A DNA stretch of 64,000 nt from an uncultured virus (IMG/VR IMGVR_UViG_3300008261_000400) (Duplodnaviria; Heunggongvirae; Uroviricota; Caudoviricetes): the IMG/VR virus record IMGVR_UViG_3300008261_000400. The stretch is one strand, 5' to 3'. This document shows, piece by piece, positions 29,321 through 38,846 of the stretch. Position 1 is the stretch's first letter. Each line of letters begins with the position of its first letter. The notes under the pieces were generated by a model. The model saw nothing but the letters and a program-made list of their open reading frames with translations. It was not told the DNA's origin and searched no databases. The translations under genes were made by a program, and so were the position numbers.

Positions 29321-29997
29321 TGTTCGTTCATTTAGATTATTTAAAAGAAGAAGTTGATTTACAAGCAGAAATGATTGAAGGGACTCGTTTTTACAGAGTC
29401 CCTTCTGGTAAATTATATCCTTCAATCACTTCCGTAACTAGTTTTTACGGAAGACAAAAATTCATTGATTGGCGTAAGAAAGTTGGTGAAGAAGAAGCCA
29501 ATAAGATCACTAAGGTTGCAACAGATCGAGGAACAAAATTTCATGACATTGTTGAAAAGTATTTGTTGAATGAAGACATTGACAAATACAATCCTCTTCC
29601 TGTAACGAAGTTTCTATTTCTTGCGGCAAAACCTTATCTTGATCGTATAAATAATATACATGCTTTGGAAAAGTCGCTCTATAGTGACTATTTCGGACTT
29701 GCGGGCAGAGTTGATTGTATCGCAGAGTACGAAGGGGAGCTCGCAGTTATTGACTTCAAGACTTCAAAGAAAATAAAACCAGAAGAATGGATTGAAAATT
29801 ATTTTGTCCAGGAAACAGCATATGCTTGCATGTATTATGAAATGACTGGTATTCCAGTTAAAAAATTGATTACAATTATGGTCGCTGACAATGGAGAATG
29901 TTTTGTCTATGAAAAAAGAAACAAGGATCACTATATTAAACTTCTTACCAAATACATCCGAGAGTTCGTCACTCACAAAACAGAAACCTATGTATAA
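29320..29997 (+). CDS. PD-(D/E)XK exonuclease (T4-like cyanophage exonuclease A)
   Basis: YPSITSV, RGTKFH, AGRVDC, IDFKTS, QETAY. Confidence 0.9.
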   Translation: MFVHLDYLKEEVDLQAEMIEGTRFYRVPSGKLYPSITSVTSFYGRQKFIDWRKKVGEEEANKITKVATDRGTKFHDIVEKYLLNEDIDKYNPLPVTKFLFLAAKPYLDRINNIHALEKSLYSDYFGLAGRVDCIAEYEGELAVIDFKTSKKIKPEEWIENYFVQETAYACMYYEMTGIPVKKLITIMVADNGECFVYEKRNKDHYIKLLTKYIREFVTHKTETYV

Positions 29998-30253
29998 CAA
30001 TACTGAACAAGTAGACTCACTAATAAAAGAAAAGTTTCTTTGTCAGTCAAAGTTTGCACAGGATATCGAGTATCTTGTAATGACATCTAAAATTAATTAC
30101 ATAGAGGCTATTGTAACCTATTGTGAAGAAAATGGAATTGAATTTGAATCGATATCAAAGTTAATTTCTAAACCACTAAAAGAAAAATTAAGAAACGAAG
30201 CAACCCAACTTAATTTTCTTAAAAAAACAAGTCGTGCTAAATTAGTATTCTGA
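29990..30253 (+). CDS. gp33: Late promoter transcription co-activator gp33
   Basis: YIEAIV.YCEEN.IE..SKLISKPLKEK..EA..LNFL; synteny. Confidence 0.9.
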   Translation: MYNNTEQVDSLIKEKFLCQSKFAQDIEYLVMTSKINYIEAIVTYCEENGIEFESISKLISKPLKEKLRNEATQLNFLKKTSRAKLVF

Positions 30254-30843
30254 TGACGCCAATAGAGGTATATAAAACATACCTGGCATTCAAGAATCAT
30301 TTCACTAAACCAAACTACGATTATTTTCAATATTGCGGAAAGTCCAGGGCTTCAACAGAGTCCTTTAACAAAAGGAAAGATCGTTACTTCTTTGAACGTA
30401 TGTCTCGTCAGAAATCTGATGACGAGATCCGTCAATACTTCTTGGCTAATTTTGTAGAATGTGATGATCCTTCTAAACTCTGGATCGGTGAAATTATTGA
30501 GTCAGGTGAAAAAAATTACACCAACTGGTTAAAAAGATCACAAAGTCTTTCTTATCTCTTCAAAACTGAGGCTGAAGTGTTTCTACATAAAGATTCTTTT
30601 GATTCATTATTTGAGATTAAAGGTTCATCTCACCCAGATATTCTTAAAAAATATCTACAAAACGCAATATCCATAGAAACTTTCGTTATAATGGATATAA
30701 TCCTAAATTTTTCTAAAAAATTTGATAAAAAACTACTAGATCCTGTGTGGGAATCCGTCAGTTTGCGTATAAAAAAATACAAGTCTTTCCTAAATATTGA
30801 TAAGGAAAAGTACACACAGACACTAAAGGAGATTGTATTGTGA
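30253..30843 (+). CDS. gp59: Helicase loader gp59
   Basis: YKTYLAFKNHF..YDYF.Y..F.KRKDRYFF. Confidence 0.92.
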   Translation: MTPIEVYKTYLAFKNHFTKPNYDYFQYCGKSRASTESFNKRKDRYFFERMSRQKSDDEIRQYFLANFVECDDPSKLWIGEIIESGEKNYTNWLKRSQSLSYLFKTEAEVFLHKDSFDSLFEIKGSSHPDILKKYLQNAISIETFVIMDIILNFSKKFDKKLLDPVWESVSLRIKKYKSFLNIDKEKYTQTLKEIVL

Positions 30844-31172
30844 GTGGATTTTTTCAATCCGAAATTGTAAGAGAATCCATCAAAGAGATGGAAGAACTTC
30901 AACAACGTATTATTAGAGAAACCTTTAAAGCTCCCATGATGAATAGGGAAGAAAAGAAGGAACATGTAGAACTGATGAGAACTTTTCTAGAGAAACAGAA
31001 GAATTTATACTTTCGTCTCTCACTTTCTGATGACCCAGAAGCACTAGAAATGAAACAAAGAATTGAAGAAGCTGCAGAGTTTCTTGGGTTTAATGGTAAT
31101 AATGTCAATGAGTTATTTTCTGAAATGGAAAATACTCTAGAAAGACTAGATAAAATTGCAGAAATAGAATAA
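30840..31172 (+). CDS. DUF1825-like protein
   Basis: FF.SEIV..LEKQK..YFRLSLSDDPEA. Confidence 0.8.
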   Translation: MSGFFQSEIVRESIKEMEELQQRIIRETFKAPMMNREEKKEHVELMRTFLEKQKNLYFRLSLSDDPEALEMKQRIEEAAEFLGFNGNNVNELFSEMENTLERLDKIAEIE

Positions 31173-31173
31173 C

Positions 31174-31443
31174 ATGTCCTACCACTACAAAATCACCTCC
31201 GCATATTGTTATCACAATGGTGAGATTGTAGACATGTATTTCATCAATGGAATTCCTTTTACATTTGATGATATTCCTTTAATTATGCAACAAGATCCTT
31301 ATATTCAAATGGAAGCTGAAGATAATTATTCATACACATCTGAAGATATGTATAGGTGGTCTAATTATCTGATTGATGAACTATGTCATCCACTTCTTTT
31401 CGAGGTGGCTCTAGAAAATCCAGAAGAAATGCCTAAAGACTAA
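31174..31443 (+). CDS. Conserved hypothetical protein
   Basis: MYFINGIPFTFD..YLIDE..HP. Confidence 0.7.
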   Translation: MSYHYKITSAYCYHNGEIVDMYFINGIPFTFDDIPLIMQQDPYIQMEAEDNYSYTSEDMYRWSNYLIDELCHPLLFEVALENPEEMPKD

Positions 31444-32015
31444 TGAAGACTTTCAAACAATTCTGCACAGAAGCTTATCAAGTACAAGAACTATTTGGAT
31501 TTGGTCAAAAACCAAAACCCAAACCAAATAAACAAGTTCTTGCTTATAAAAACTATCAACCAGGAGTACTTGATAAATCAACAGGAAAATTTACTCAAAG
31601 AGCTCATACTGGTGATGAACAAAAGAGATATGGATGGAAACCAGTGAATGTAAGTTCATATAGTAAGGCAGATACTCCTGGATCACTAACCGCTAGTGGA
31701 CATAAGTTTGATGACAAACAAAAATTAGTTGCAGTTCCTTATGCATCTAAAACTAGTTCCAAACCATCTACACCATTTGGAACTAAACTTCACATGACTA
31801 GAGCTCCTGGAGTTACACCCGTTGCAAAAACTTCTGTCCAAGACACTGGAAATTTTGGGCCTGCAGGAGATTACAATAAGAAAACTAGTTATGATCTTTC
31901 TCTTTCGACTGCAAGAGATGTGGTTGGAAAACCAAATATTACTGCACAACAGTTTGGTAAACAAAAAGTTTACGTTCGTAATGAACCTCAAACGAAACCA
32001 ACCAAGAAAAAATAA
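31443..32015 (+). CDS. RlpA-like double-psi beta-barrel protein with MKTF.F..E leader
   Basis: SSY..TASG.KFD..VA..PFGTK..VQDTG..DLS..A. Confidence 0.65.
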   Translation: MKTFKQFCTEAYQVQELFGFGQKPKPKPNKQVLAYKNYQPGVLDKSTGKFTQRAHTGDEQKRYGWKPVNVSSYSKADTPGSLTASGHKFDDKQKLVAVPYASKTSSKPSTPFGTKLHMTRAPGVTPVAKTSVQDTGNFGPAGDYNKKTSYDLSLSTARDVVGKPNITAQQFGKQKVYVRNEPQTKPTKKK

Positions 32016-32028
32016 TTCTAGATGGGGC

Positions 32029-32057
32029 TTGACATCCCCAGTTCACTGCGGTAAACT
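32029..32057 (+). promoter_or_regulatory. sigma70-type promoter of gp32
   Basis: TTGACA-17 nt-TAAACT. Confidence 0.75.
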
Positions 32058-32101
32058 AAAGTCGTCCCAAAGGCCAAATACACTCAATACGGAGAATACA
32101 A

Positions 32102-33031
32102 ATGTCTTTTGCTGATCTCAAGAAACAGTCCCGCGCTGGTTCGCTGACTGAAAAACTGATCAAACAAGTTGAAAAACTGAATAGTGGAGAAGGTGGATCT
32201 GATGAACGTTTCTGGAAACCTGAAGTAGACAAAGCCGGAAATGGTTATGCAGTTATCCGATTCCTCCCCGCACCCGAAGGATGTGAACTTCCTTGGGCCC
32301 AAGTATGGAGTCATGCTTTCCAAGGTCCTGGTGGTTGGTACATCGAAAACTCTCTGACAACTCTGGGACAAAAAGATCCTGTGTCTGAACACAATCGTGT
32401 TCTGTGGAACTCTGGATCTGATCGTGATAAGGAGATTGCTCGGAAACAAAAACGCAAACTCTCTTATTACGCCAACATCTATGTGGTGAGTGATCCTGCA
32501 CACCCTGAGAACGAAGGTCGTGTATTCCTTTATAAATTCGGTAAGAAAATCTTTGACAAGATTACCGAAGCGATGCAACCACAGTTTGCAGATGAGGAAG
32601 CTATTAATCCTTTCGACTTCTGGGCTGGTGCTAACTTCAAACTGAAGATCCGTAAGGTCGAAGGTTACTGGAACTATGATAAGTCTGAGTTTGATCGTCC
32701 TTCTGCACTTTCGGATGATGATGACAAACTGGAACGCATCTACAAGAACCTGAACGATCTCAATGAGTTCAGTGACGCAAAGAACTTCAAGTCCTATGAA
32801 GAACTGAAGAAGCGCCTAGACTACACTCTGGGGGTTCGTGGTGTCCCTAAGAATCAAGACCCTGAAGTAGTTGCAGAAGAAGAAGAGTGGGAAGCCGAAC
32901 GTCGTGGAGAACCCTCTCCTAAGCGTTCTACTCCTTCCTTTGAAATCACTAAACCAGTGTCTCGTGATGAGGAAGATGATGAAGATGCAGATGATGCTCT
33001 GAGTTACTTTCAAAAACTAGCTGAGAGCTGA
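32102..33031 (+). CDS. gp32: Single-stranded DNA-binding protein gp32
   Basis: DERFWK, GNGYAVIRFLP, WYIENS, FGKKIFDKI, NYDKSEF, acidic tail. Confidence 0.97.
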   Translation: MSFADLKKQSRAGSLTEKLIKQVEKLNSGEGGSDERFWKPEVDKAGNGYAVIRFLPAPEGCELPWAQVWSHAFQGPGGWYIENSLTTLGQKDPVSEHNRVLWNSGSDRDKEIARKQKRKLSYYANIYVVSDPAHPENEGRVFLYKFGKKIFDKITEAMQPQFADEEAINPFDFWAGANFKLKIRKVEGYWNYDKSEFDRPSALSDDDDKLERIYKNLNDLNEFSDAKNFKSYEELKKRLDYTLGVRGVPKNQDPEVVAEEEEWEAERRGEPSPKRSTPSFEITKPVSRDEEDDEDADDALSYFQKLAES

Positions 33032-33051
33032 AAAATAGTCCGAAAAAAATT

Positions 33052-33082
33052 CCCTGGCTTTTTTGGAAGCCAGGGTTTTTTT
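33052..33082. terminator. Terminator between convergent gp32 and gp53 (likely bidirectional)
   Basis: CCCTGGCTT-TTTTGG-AAGCCAGGG with a downstream T-tract and upstream A-tract. Confidence 0.85.
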
Positions 33083-35405
33083 ATACTCCAGTAAATTTAG
33101 GATTATAAGTTCTCTTTAATTTAGATGAAACTACGTTTTCAGAATCTTTATTATACTTCATAATTTTCTTTAGATCATCAATAATAGTAGAAATATATGA
33201 TGGTTTTGGTACAATAATTAAAGTTTTTTCTTCGTTTAATCTTAATTCATATTCCAAATTCGTTATCGGTTTGGAAATACCACTACCATTTACACTAATT
33301 ATATTCAATCCATCTAAGAATTGGAATGGTCTTGTGATTTGTTCTTGCCATGCGGTTCCATTCCATTTCCAAATTTTGTTATTTTGAGTGTAAGTTTCGT
33401 CAACTTCTACATTGAGAACCTGTTCTGGTGATATATCAAAAGTTATTGACGGAGGGTTATCATAATTTTCTCCTGGAGAAGTAATTGTAATTGCTGATAT
33501 TTTTCCATCAACTACTGAAGCAATTCCTGTTGCTCTTGAATAAGTTGGTGCTTGAGCAATCGTGACCGTAGGTGCGATAGTATAACCGAATCCAGCATTA
33601 GTAATATTGACAGACAATACAGATCCATCAACTACTGTAGCCGTTGCCGTTGCATTTACTGCTGGATATGGAGCACCAATCGTTACCGATGGGGCTGTCG
33701 TGTATCCAAATCCAACTTCGGAAATAGTAATGGAATTAAGAGATCCATTAACTAAGTTTGCGGTTCCTTTAGCTCTGACTTTTATGGAATATTCAAATAT
33801 AGAATCTCCAGACCCACCAGATACCAATAAGTGTTCTACATCTGAACTTATAAATGCATCGGATGGATTTGGAATTCTATCTCCAACATATAGGAAACTA
33901 CTGAATGTTAAGGTTGTTAAGTCCCAGGAATTTAAATTAAATTCATATACTGTGGAGTTTGATAGTCCAGTTGCATACATTTTATTTCCACCATTCAAGA
34001 AAGAAAATCCAATAATCTCATTGTCTCCTGTTGGTGTTTCTATATTATATGAGGCTACGAAAGATTTCGTTGTAACGTTCCATGCCGATGATAATGTATA
34101 TTCTTCAATGGAATCTGGGGAGTCCATGTTTAATGAATACATCCTAGAACCATCAGACTTGAATCTAACACCACCAGGAGCTGTCAATGAAGTTTGATTT
34201 ACATATGTTGCTGTGGATATTGACCATGGTGTGGATAAATTATAAGCAGCAACAAAGAAATTACCACTAAGTCCACCAGTAACAAACATTTTAGTTCCAT
34301 CTGGACTAAATTCTATTCCAGTACAATAACCGAATACTGCACTAACATCTAATTCATAAGATAAAGAAAGAGTTGTAATATTCCAAGCTGTAGACAACGT
34401 AAATTCTTTAATTAGATTTGATCCTATAGTGCTTGCAGTATAGACTTTATATCCATCAGATTTTACATACATCCCTTCTATTTGATTTCCAACAGAAACT
34501 GGAGATTGTTCTCTGTAGATGGTATTTGAGATAAAGTTTTGTGGTAAACTGAAGGATACTGATGGGGGAGTTAATCCATATCCACATCCAGAATTAGTAA
34601 TTTCTACACTTACTACTGTACCTCCAGTGAATTCTGTTTGACCTAGAGAACTAACTCCTACTGCTTGGATTGAAGTTGGAGCCGTTGAAATGGATACTAC
34701 AGGTACAGATTTATATCCAAATCCAGAAGTTAATGATGTAACAGAAGATACCCTAAAACTTTGAATTCCAACAGATGCTGACGCTGAACTTGTGATGGTG
34801 GGCTCTGAGAAGGTTAGTTTTGGTACTTGTTTATAACCAAAACCTTCTTCTATAATATCAATTTCTGTAACTCCACCACTTTCTATAATGCATGAAGTAA
34901 TTGCAACAACAGGATTTAAATAAATCGGAGGAAATGTGATTCCAGGAGGAGTTTCTGTGATTGTTTCATATTCTGGAGCATTATAAAATGTTTCATCTAC
35001 AATTAAATCTTTTGGAAGTACAACTCTATTAAATGAATCTCTTAATTCTATAGTTTCATAGTGATGTATCTCCTGTAATGCATCTTCAGTTCCATATTTA
35101 CTGATTAAATAGTTATTAAACTCATTTACAGTTAATGGCCACTGATCGTAGTAATTGATAATATTATTTGAAACTAAGATAACCCAATCAAGACCTGCAT
35201 CTCCATATAGTTTTTCTGCTATTTGATCTGGTCTCTCTCCTTCAACAATAGTATAATATTCAAATCCAGCAAAAACTGATATTAAATCTTCTCTTACTTT
35301 TACTCTTCTGAATATATTTTTTGCTAAAGTTGTTTCATCATTAGATTTCGTATTTGGAAATCTATTTACATATTCAACGTTTGGTAGTTCTGTAAAGTAT
35401 GCCAT
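33081..35405 (-). CDS. gp53: Baseplate wedge protein gp53, greatly extended
   Basis: MAYF..LPN.EY, KNIFRR, ERPDQIA..LYG..LDWVIL..N, HHYET N-terminus; NLEYE..NEEK C-terminus. Confidence 0.88.
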   Translation of the reverse strand: MAYFTELPNVEYVNRFPNTKSNDETTLAKNIFRRVKVREDLISVFAGFEYYTIVEGERPDQIAEKLYGDAGLDWVILVSNNIINYYDQWPLTVNEFNNYLISKYGTEDALQEIHHYETIELRDSFNRVVLPKDLIVDETFYNAPEYETITETPPGITFPPIYLNPVVAITSCIIESGGVTEIDIIEEGFGYKQVPKLTFSEPTITSSASASVGIQSFRVSSVTSLTSGFGYKSVPVVSISTAPTSIQAVGVSSLGQTEFTGGTVVSVEITNSGCGYGLTPPSVSFSLPQNFISNTIYREQSPVSVGNQIEGMYVKSDGYKVYTASTIGSNLIKEFTLSTAWNITTLSLSYELDVSAVFGYCTGIEFSPDGTKMFVTGGLSGNFFVAAYNLSTPWSISTATYVNQTSLTAPGGVRFKSDGSRMYSLNMDSPDSIEEYTLSSAWNVTTKSFVASYNIETPTGDNEIIGFSFLNGGNKMYATGLSNSTVYEFNLNSWDLTTLTFSSFLYVGDRIPNPSDAFISSDVEHLLVSGGSGDSIFEYSIKVRAKGTANLVNGSLNSITISEVGFGYTTAPSVTIGAPYPAVNATATATVVDGSVLSVNITNAGFGYTIAPTVTIAQAPTYSRATGIASVVDGKISAITITSPGENYDNPPSITFDISPEQVLNVEVDETYTQNNKIWKWNGTAWQEQITRPFQFLDGLNIISVNGSGISKPITNLEYELRLNEEKTLIIVPKPSYISTIIDDLKKIMKYNKDSENVVSSKLKRTYNPKFTGV

Positions 35406-35406
35406 A

Positions 35407-36870
35407 TTAGTAACCTACTGCGTCGTTAGCAACTGGAGAAAGATCTGTTCTTTGTGAGTTGACTGTATCTTGATAATCGACATCATAAATTGGTTCAAGT
35501 TCTGCGAATTGTAGGGTTATTCTTGTAGAAACTGGTTGACCTTCATCATATGCAACCCAGAAACCATCTGGGGTATAATCTGTTTGCATAGAAACCAACG
35601 CACAAGTCTTAAATCTACTGATTGCTTTATTTTCTCCAGTTGTTGTTTTAAATTCCAATTTGAATACATTTGGAGTTTTAAGAAAATAAGATGCTCCTCC
35701 TGCACCTCTACCAGATCTCTTTTTTGGTGACATTCCTTGTTTAAAGAATCTGAGTATTCTCCTAATCATCATCGCTTCATCTCTACTTCTTGCTGTTAGT
35801 CTATAACTAACACCAAAAGATCTTAATTGGGGTCCGTTGAATAACAACTCTAAATTATTATTTGGAACAATTCCTGCACCTCTAGCCAATATTGTTTCTA
35901 TTTCAGTTCCAAATTGAGCCATTTGAAGAAGTTTTTGAACACCAATGGTTCCCATTAAACCTCTCCCTTCTGCTGTGGCACTTGCTTCGTTAAGGAGTTT
36001 ACCATAAGCAAGTGTTTGACCTCCTGCGGATGCTCCAGATCCTGCTCCACCAGCAACACTGCCGCCCATCTTACTACTAATAAAAGCACCCAACCCAGCG
36101 CCAACTAAACCTGCTGCTGCATATTGTCCTGGATTTTTTATGACATCTGCCATCATTCCAGCACTAATATTATTCATTTGATTGGTTTCGGAGATACTAG
36201 AAGGCATAGGAAAAGTTACAGTTCCTATAACTTTTTCTGGTCTAAAATCACTACCTCTCTGTAAACCATTTTGAATAATACTTGAAAAGTCTCCATTTAG
36301 AAGTTGATCTCCAGCTGGAGCAGCATACTCAAATTGACTTATAAAGAGAGTATCCTGTTTCCTGGAATTCATATCAATTGGATACTTCAATCCTTTGAAA
36401 AGTAATTTAGCTTCATTTCCAGCTCCATAGTCTTGATTTGCTATTTCTCTTATAGCTTCACTTGGGTTTATTAGTGCTCCAAATGCTGCTCCTATGTTTC
36501 CCGGACTTGTAGAATTACTCGAAACACTTTGACTTGGAGTTGATGTACTTTGACCCGGAGGTTGTCCTTGATTCTGTTGTTGGGCCCAAGCAGGTAGAAC
36601 TAAACCAGCAGAAGTTCCACCTAAAGCCCTAAACGAAGTTCTTACAGAAGTTTGAATATTTTCGTGTATTGTTTGTTGTTCTTGTGAAGATATTGATAAA
36701 GAATTGACACTAGAAGAATTCCATTTACCATCCGTATAAATCGCTGGTGTCCCAGTGGCAGCATTTTGTTGAATGAGTTGTACTTCACCAGTACGTTTAT
36801 TGTACTGTAAATTATAATTTACAGAATTTTTTGTAAAGTATGGTACTGGTGAAATATTTTGATATGTCAC
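35407..36870 (-). CDS. gp48: Baseplate tail-tube cap gp48
   Basis: LKYP, N.NLELLFNGPQLRSF, FFKQGM, FLKTPNVF, YTPDG, F.ELEP. Confidence 0.88.
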   Translation of the reverse strand: MTYQNISPVPYFTKNSVNYNLQYNKRTGEVQLIQQNAATGTPAIYTDGKWNSSSVNSLSISSQEQQTIHENIQTSVRTSFRALGGTSAGLVLPAWAQQQNQGQPPGQSTSTPSQSVSSNSTSPGNIGAAFGALINPSEAIREIANQDYGAGNEAKLLFKGLKYPIDMNSRKQDTLFISQFEYAAPAGDQLLNGDFSSIIQNGLQRGSDFRPEKVIGTVTFPMPSSISETNQMNNISAGMMADVIKNPGQYAAAGLVGAGLGAFISSKMGGSVAGGAGSGASAGGQTLAYGKLLNEASATAEGRGLMGTIGVQKLLQMAQFGTEIETILARGAGIVPNNNLELLFNGPQLRSFGVSYRLTARSRDEAMMIRRILRFFKQGMSPKKRSGRGAGGASYFLKTPNVFKLEFKTTTGENKAISRFKTCALVSMQTDYTPDGFWVAYDEGQPVSTRITLQFAELEPIYDVDYQDTVNSQRTDLSPVANDAVGY

Positions 36871-37398
36871 TTAAGGTTTACTCCAAGCTTTGTGATTTGG
36901 AAATGGTTGACCCCTTGTATCAACAAATTTTTCAGTTGGTAATATTGAAACGGAGGGCCAATCCTTTTCGGGAACTCTCAAAAATCCCCCTCCAACTCCA
37001 GAAAAAAAGTAACGATGAATGCTATTACGAGGTACACTTACGGTATCTGAATTATTTATTAGGCTTTTTGCTATTCCTTCCCTATATTGCCTATTAATAT
37101 AATGCAAATTTATTCCAATGAAATAATTTTTACTGTAACTTACTTCAGTAACATACGTCAATGGTTGAGTATCAAAAAATTTAAGTCCAGGAGTAGATGC
37201 TCCGTAGATAAAAAAATACATCTTACCAACTTCTATACCTCCTGTATCCATTTCATTAATATTAAATTGATCCAGTTCACCAAGATACTGTCTTAGTTGT
37301 CCAGTATACCAATCATTTTTTACATTTTTTCCTTTGGTTTTTTTAATGAGATCGTATCCAAAACCTTTTCCAGGTTCGAACGTGCCATCGAAACTCAT
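36871..37398 (-). CDS. gp2: DNA end protector gp2-like
   Basis: GKMYFF.Y, FD.QPL, GINLHY, LPTEKF; synteny with gp4. Confidence 0.75.
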   Translation of the reverse strand: MSFDGTFEPGKGFGYDLIKKTKGKNVKNDWYTGQLRQYLGELDQFNINEMDTGGIEVGKMYFFIYGASTPGLKFFDTQPLTYVTEVSYSKNYFIGINLHYINRQYREGIAKSLINNSDTVSVPRNSIHRYFFSGVGGGFLRVPEKDWPSVSILPTEKFVDTRGQPFPNHKAWSKP

Positions 37399-37832
37399 AT
37401 TCCTAAATCCTCCTCAGTCATGATTCGGAACTCATAATTACGATCTGCACAGAACTCTTTAGCTGCTTTCCATTTTGCTTGGTTTTTTACCCAAGTTTGA
37501 ACTTTATATGCCCAAGATTTTGTCCTTCTTTTTGGATTTTGTTCTGGCATGTCTACTTCTTTTTTGGGTTTTATTTCTATAACTACTGTTCGTGTATTTC
37601 CACTCTTATCTTTATACTTTACAAAAAAATCTGGAAAATATCTATGAACTTTACCATCAAGAGGGCAAAGATATGGAATCCAGAATTCTTCAGATTGCCA
37701 TTGATTTACATTTTCATTTAAGTCACAATAACGCATGAATTTTCTTTCCCACAAAGAACGATAAACAATATTTGTGGGATCACCTTTATACTTTTTTGGA
37801 TTTTCTGGACGATATTTTCCTTTATAACTCAT
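37395..37832 (-). CDS. gp4: Head completion nuclease gp4
   Basis: YKGKYRP.NP.KYKGD, YRSLWE, HRYFPDF, EIKP, NQAKW. Confidence 0.95.
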   Translation of the reverse strand: MSYKGKYRPENPKKYKGDPTNIVYRSLWERKFMRYCDLNENVNQWQSEEFWIPYLCPLDGKVHRYFPDFFVKYKDKSGNTRTVVIEIKPKKEVDMPEQNPKRRTKSWAYKVQTWVKNQAKWKAAKEFCADRNYEFRIMTEEDLGI

Positions 37833-37857
37833 ATACATACTATAGATCCTTAAGAAA

Positions 37858-37865
37858 TATTTATA
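37858..37865 (-). promoter_or_regulatory. T4 late promoter
   Basis: Perfect TATAAATA on the minus strand 25 nt upstream of gp4. Confidence 0.8.
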
Positions 37866-37866
37866 G

Positions 37867-38808
37867 ATGGCTGAGCCATTTAGGCCTGATTTCCCAGGTA
37901 ATCCATATAGAGTTGATCCCATCTATCTTAGGATGACTCTACCAAGAAACACTAGAGATAGTAGAAGTTCTCTTCCTAGTGTTCAAGATCTTTTTGGTGA
38001 ATTATCAGTTACTAGTCAATTTAAGATCACTCTTTGGTTTGGAGAAAACGTATCTACCGTTGAGTCGGACTCAAATTTAAATTCTTGGTTAGTTTCTTGT
38101 GGGATTTTTGACAAGAGTTTAAGTTCACTTCAATATGAATTCATGTGTCATAATGCTATTCTTCCAGGTTCAACCTTATCCACTTTAGAAGAATCTGGAA
38201 GTAGACAAGGAGTTATGGAAAGATTTCCAATAATGAGACAATTTCCAGAACTTACTTTAGATTTTTATGTTGATGCGGATTATGGAGTTATTCGTTTATT
38301 TGAAGAGTGGATTAATTTTATAAATCCTCTTCATACTGTAAACGGTAAATCTATCAGAGGATCTTCCAGAGGAAGTACAAGTGATGAAGTAAGTTTTGAT
38401 GATGAAAATTTCTATAGAATGAGGTATCCGAACACCTATAAAAGAAAAATATCAATAACTAAATTTGAGAGAAATGTACAGTTTGATAGCTATGGGAATC
38501 TTTTAGAGTCCCCATCAATGTTAACGTATCAGTTTTTAAATGCTTTTCCAGTGAATTTAACTGCATTACCAGTTTCTTATGAAGGAAGTACAGTAACAAA
38601 GACAAGTGTTACTTTTAACTATGATCGATATGTTGTCTTAAAACACAATGGAACTGGATCACCTGACTATGAACAAAAAGTAACTTCTAGTGGTCAACAA
38701 ATATTGTCTGCTACAAATAACGGTAGTGGAAGTCAATCCGGACAATCTATTCAAAATTCTACCAATAATTTACCAACTCCAACAGGTAATACAAGATCTA
38801 CTACATAA
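37867..38808 (+). CDS. Tail tube initiator / gp19-gp54-like protein
   Basis: C..A.LPG, FYVD, FEEW, YP..YK, TKFER, AFP, VTF.Y. Confidence 0.8.
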   Translation: MAEPFRPDFPGNPYRVDPIYLRMTLPRNTRDSRSSLPSVQDLFGELSVTSQFKITLWFGENVSTVESDSNLNSWLVSCGIFDKSLSSLQYEFMCHNAILPGSTLSTLEESGSRQGVMERFPIMRQFPELTLDFYVDADYGVIRLFEEWINFINPLHTVNGKSIRGSSRGSTSDEVSFDDENFYRMRYPNTYKRKISITKFERNVQFDSYGNLLESPSMLTYQFLNAFPVNLTALPVSYEGSTVTKTSVTFNYDRYVVLKHNGTGSPDYEQKVTSSGQQILSATNNGSGSQSGQSIQNSTNNLPTPTGNTRSTT

Positions 38809-38846
38809 CCCGCACTAAATAATTTTATCTGAATTTATAATATTCA

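Noticed and set aside
29320..29997. Cas4/CRISPR association
   Set aside because: Standard T4-like cyanophage PD-(D/E)XK exonuclease between phoH and gp33; no repeat-spacer array seen in the window
33607..34197. 196-aa + strand ORF
   Set aside because: Antisense shadow of the Thr/Ser/Val-rich gp53 insert
37833..37922. 30-aa N-terminal extension of gp4
   Set aside because: Overlaps the divergent gene and lies across the late promoter; conserved start is ATG at 37832
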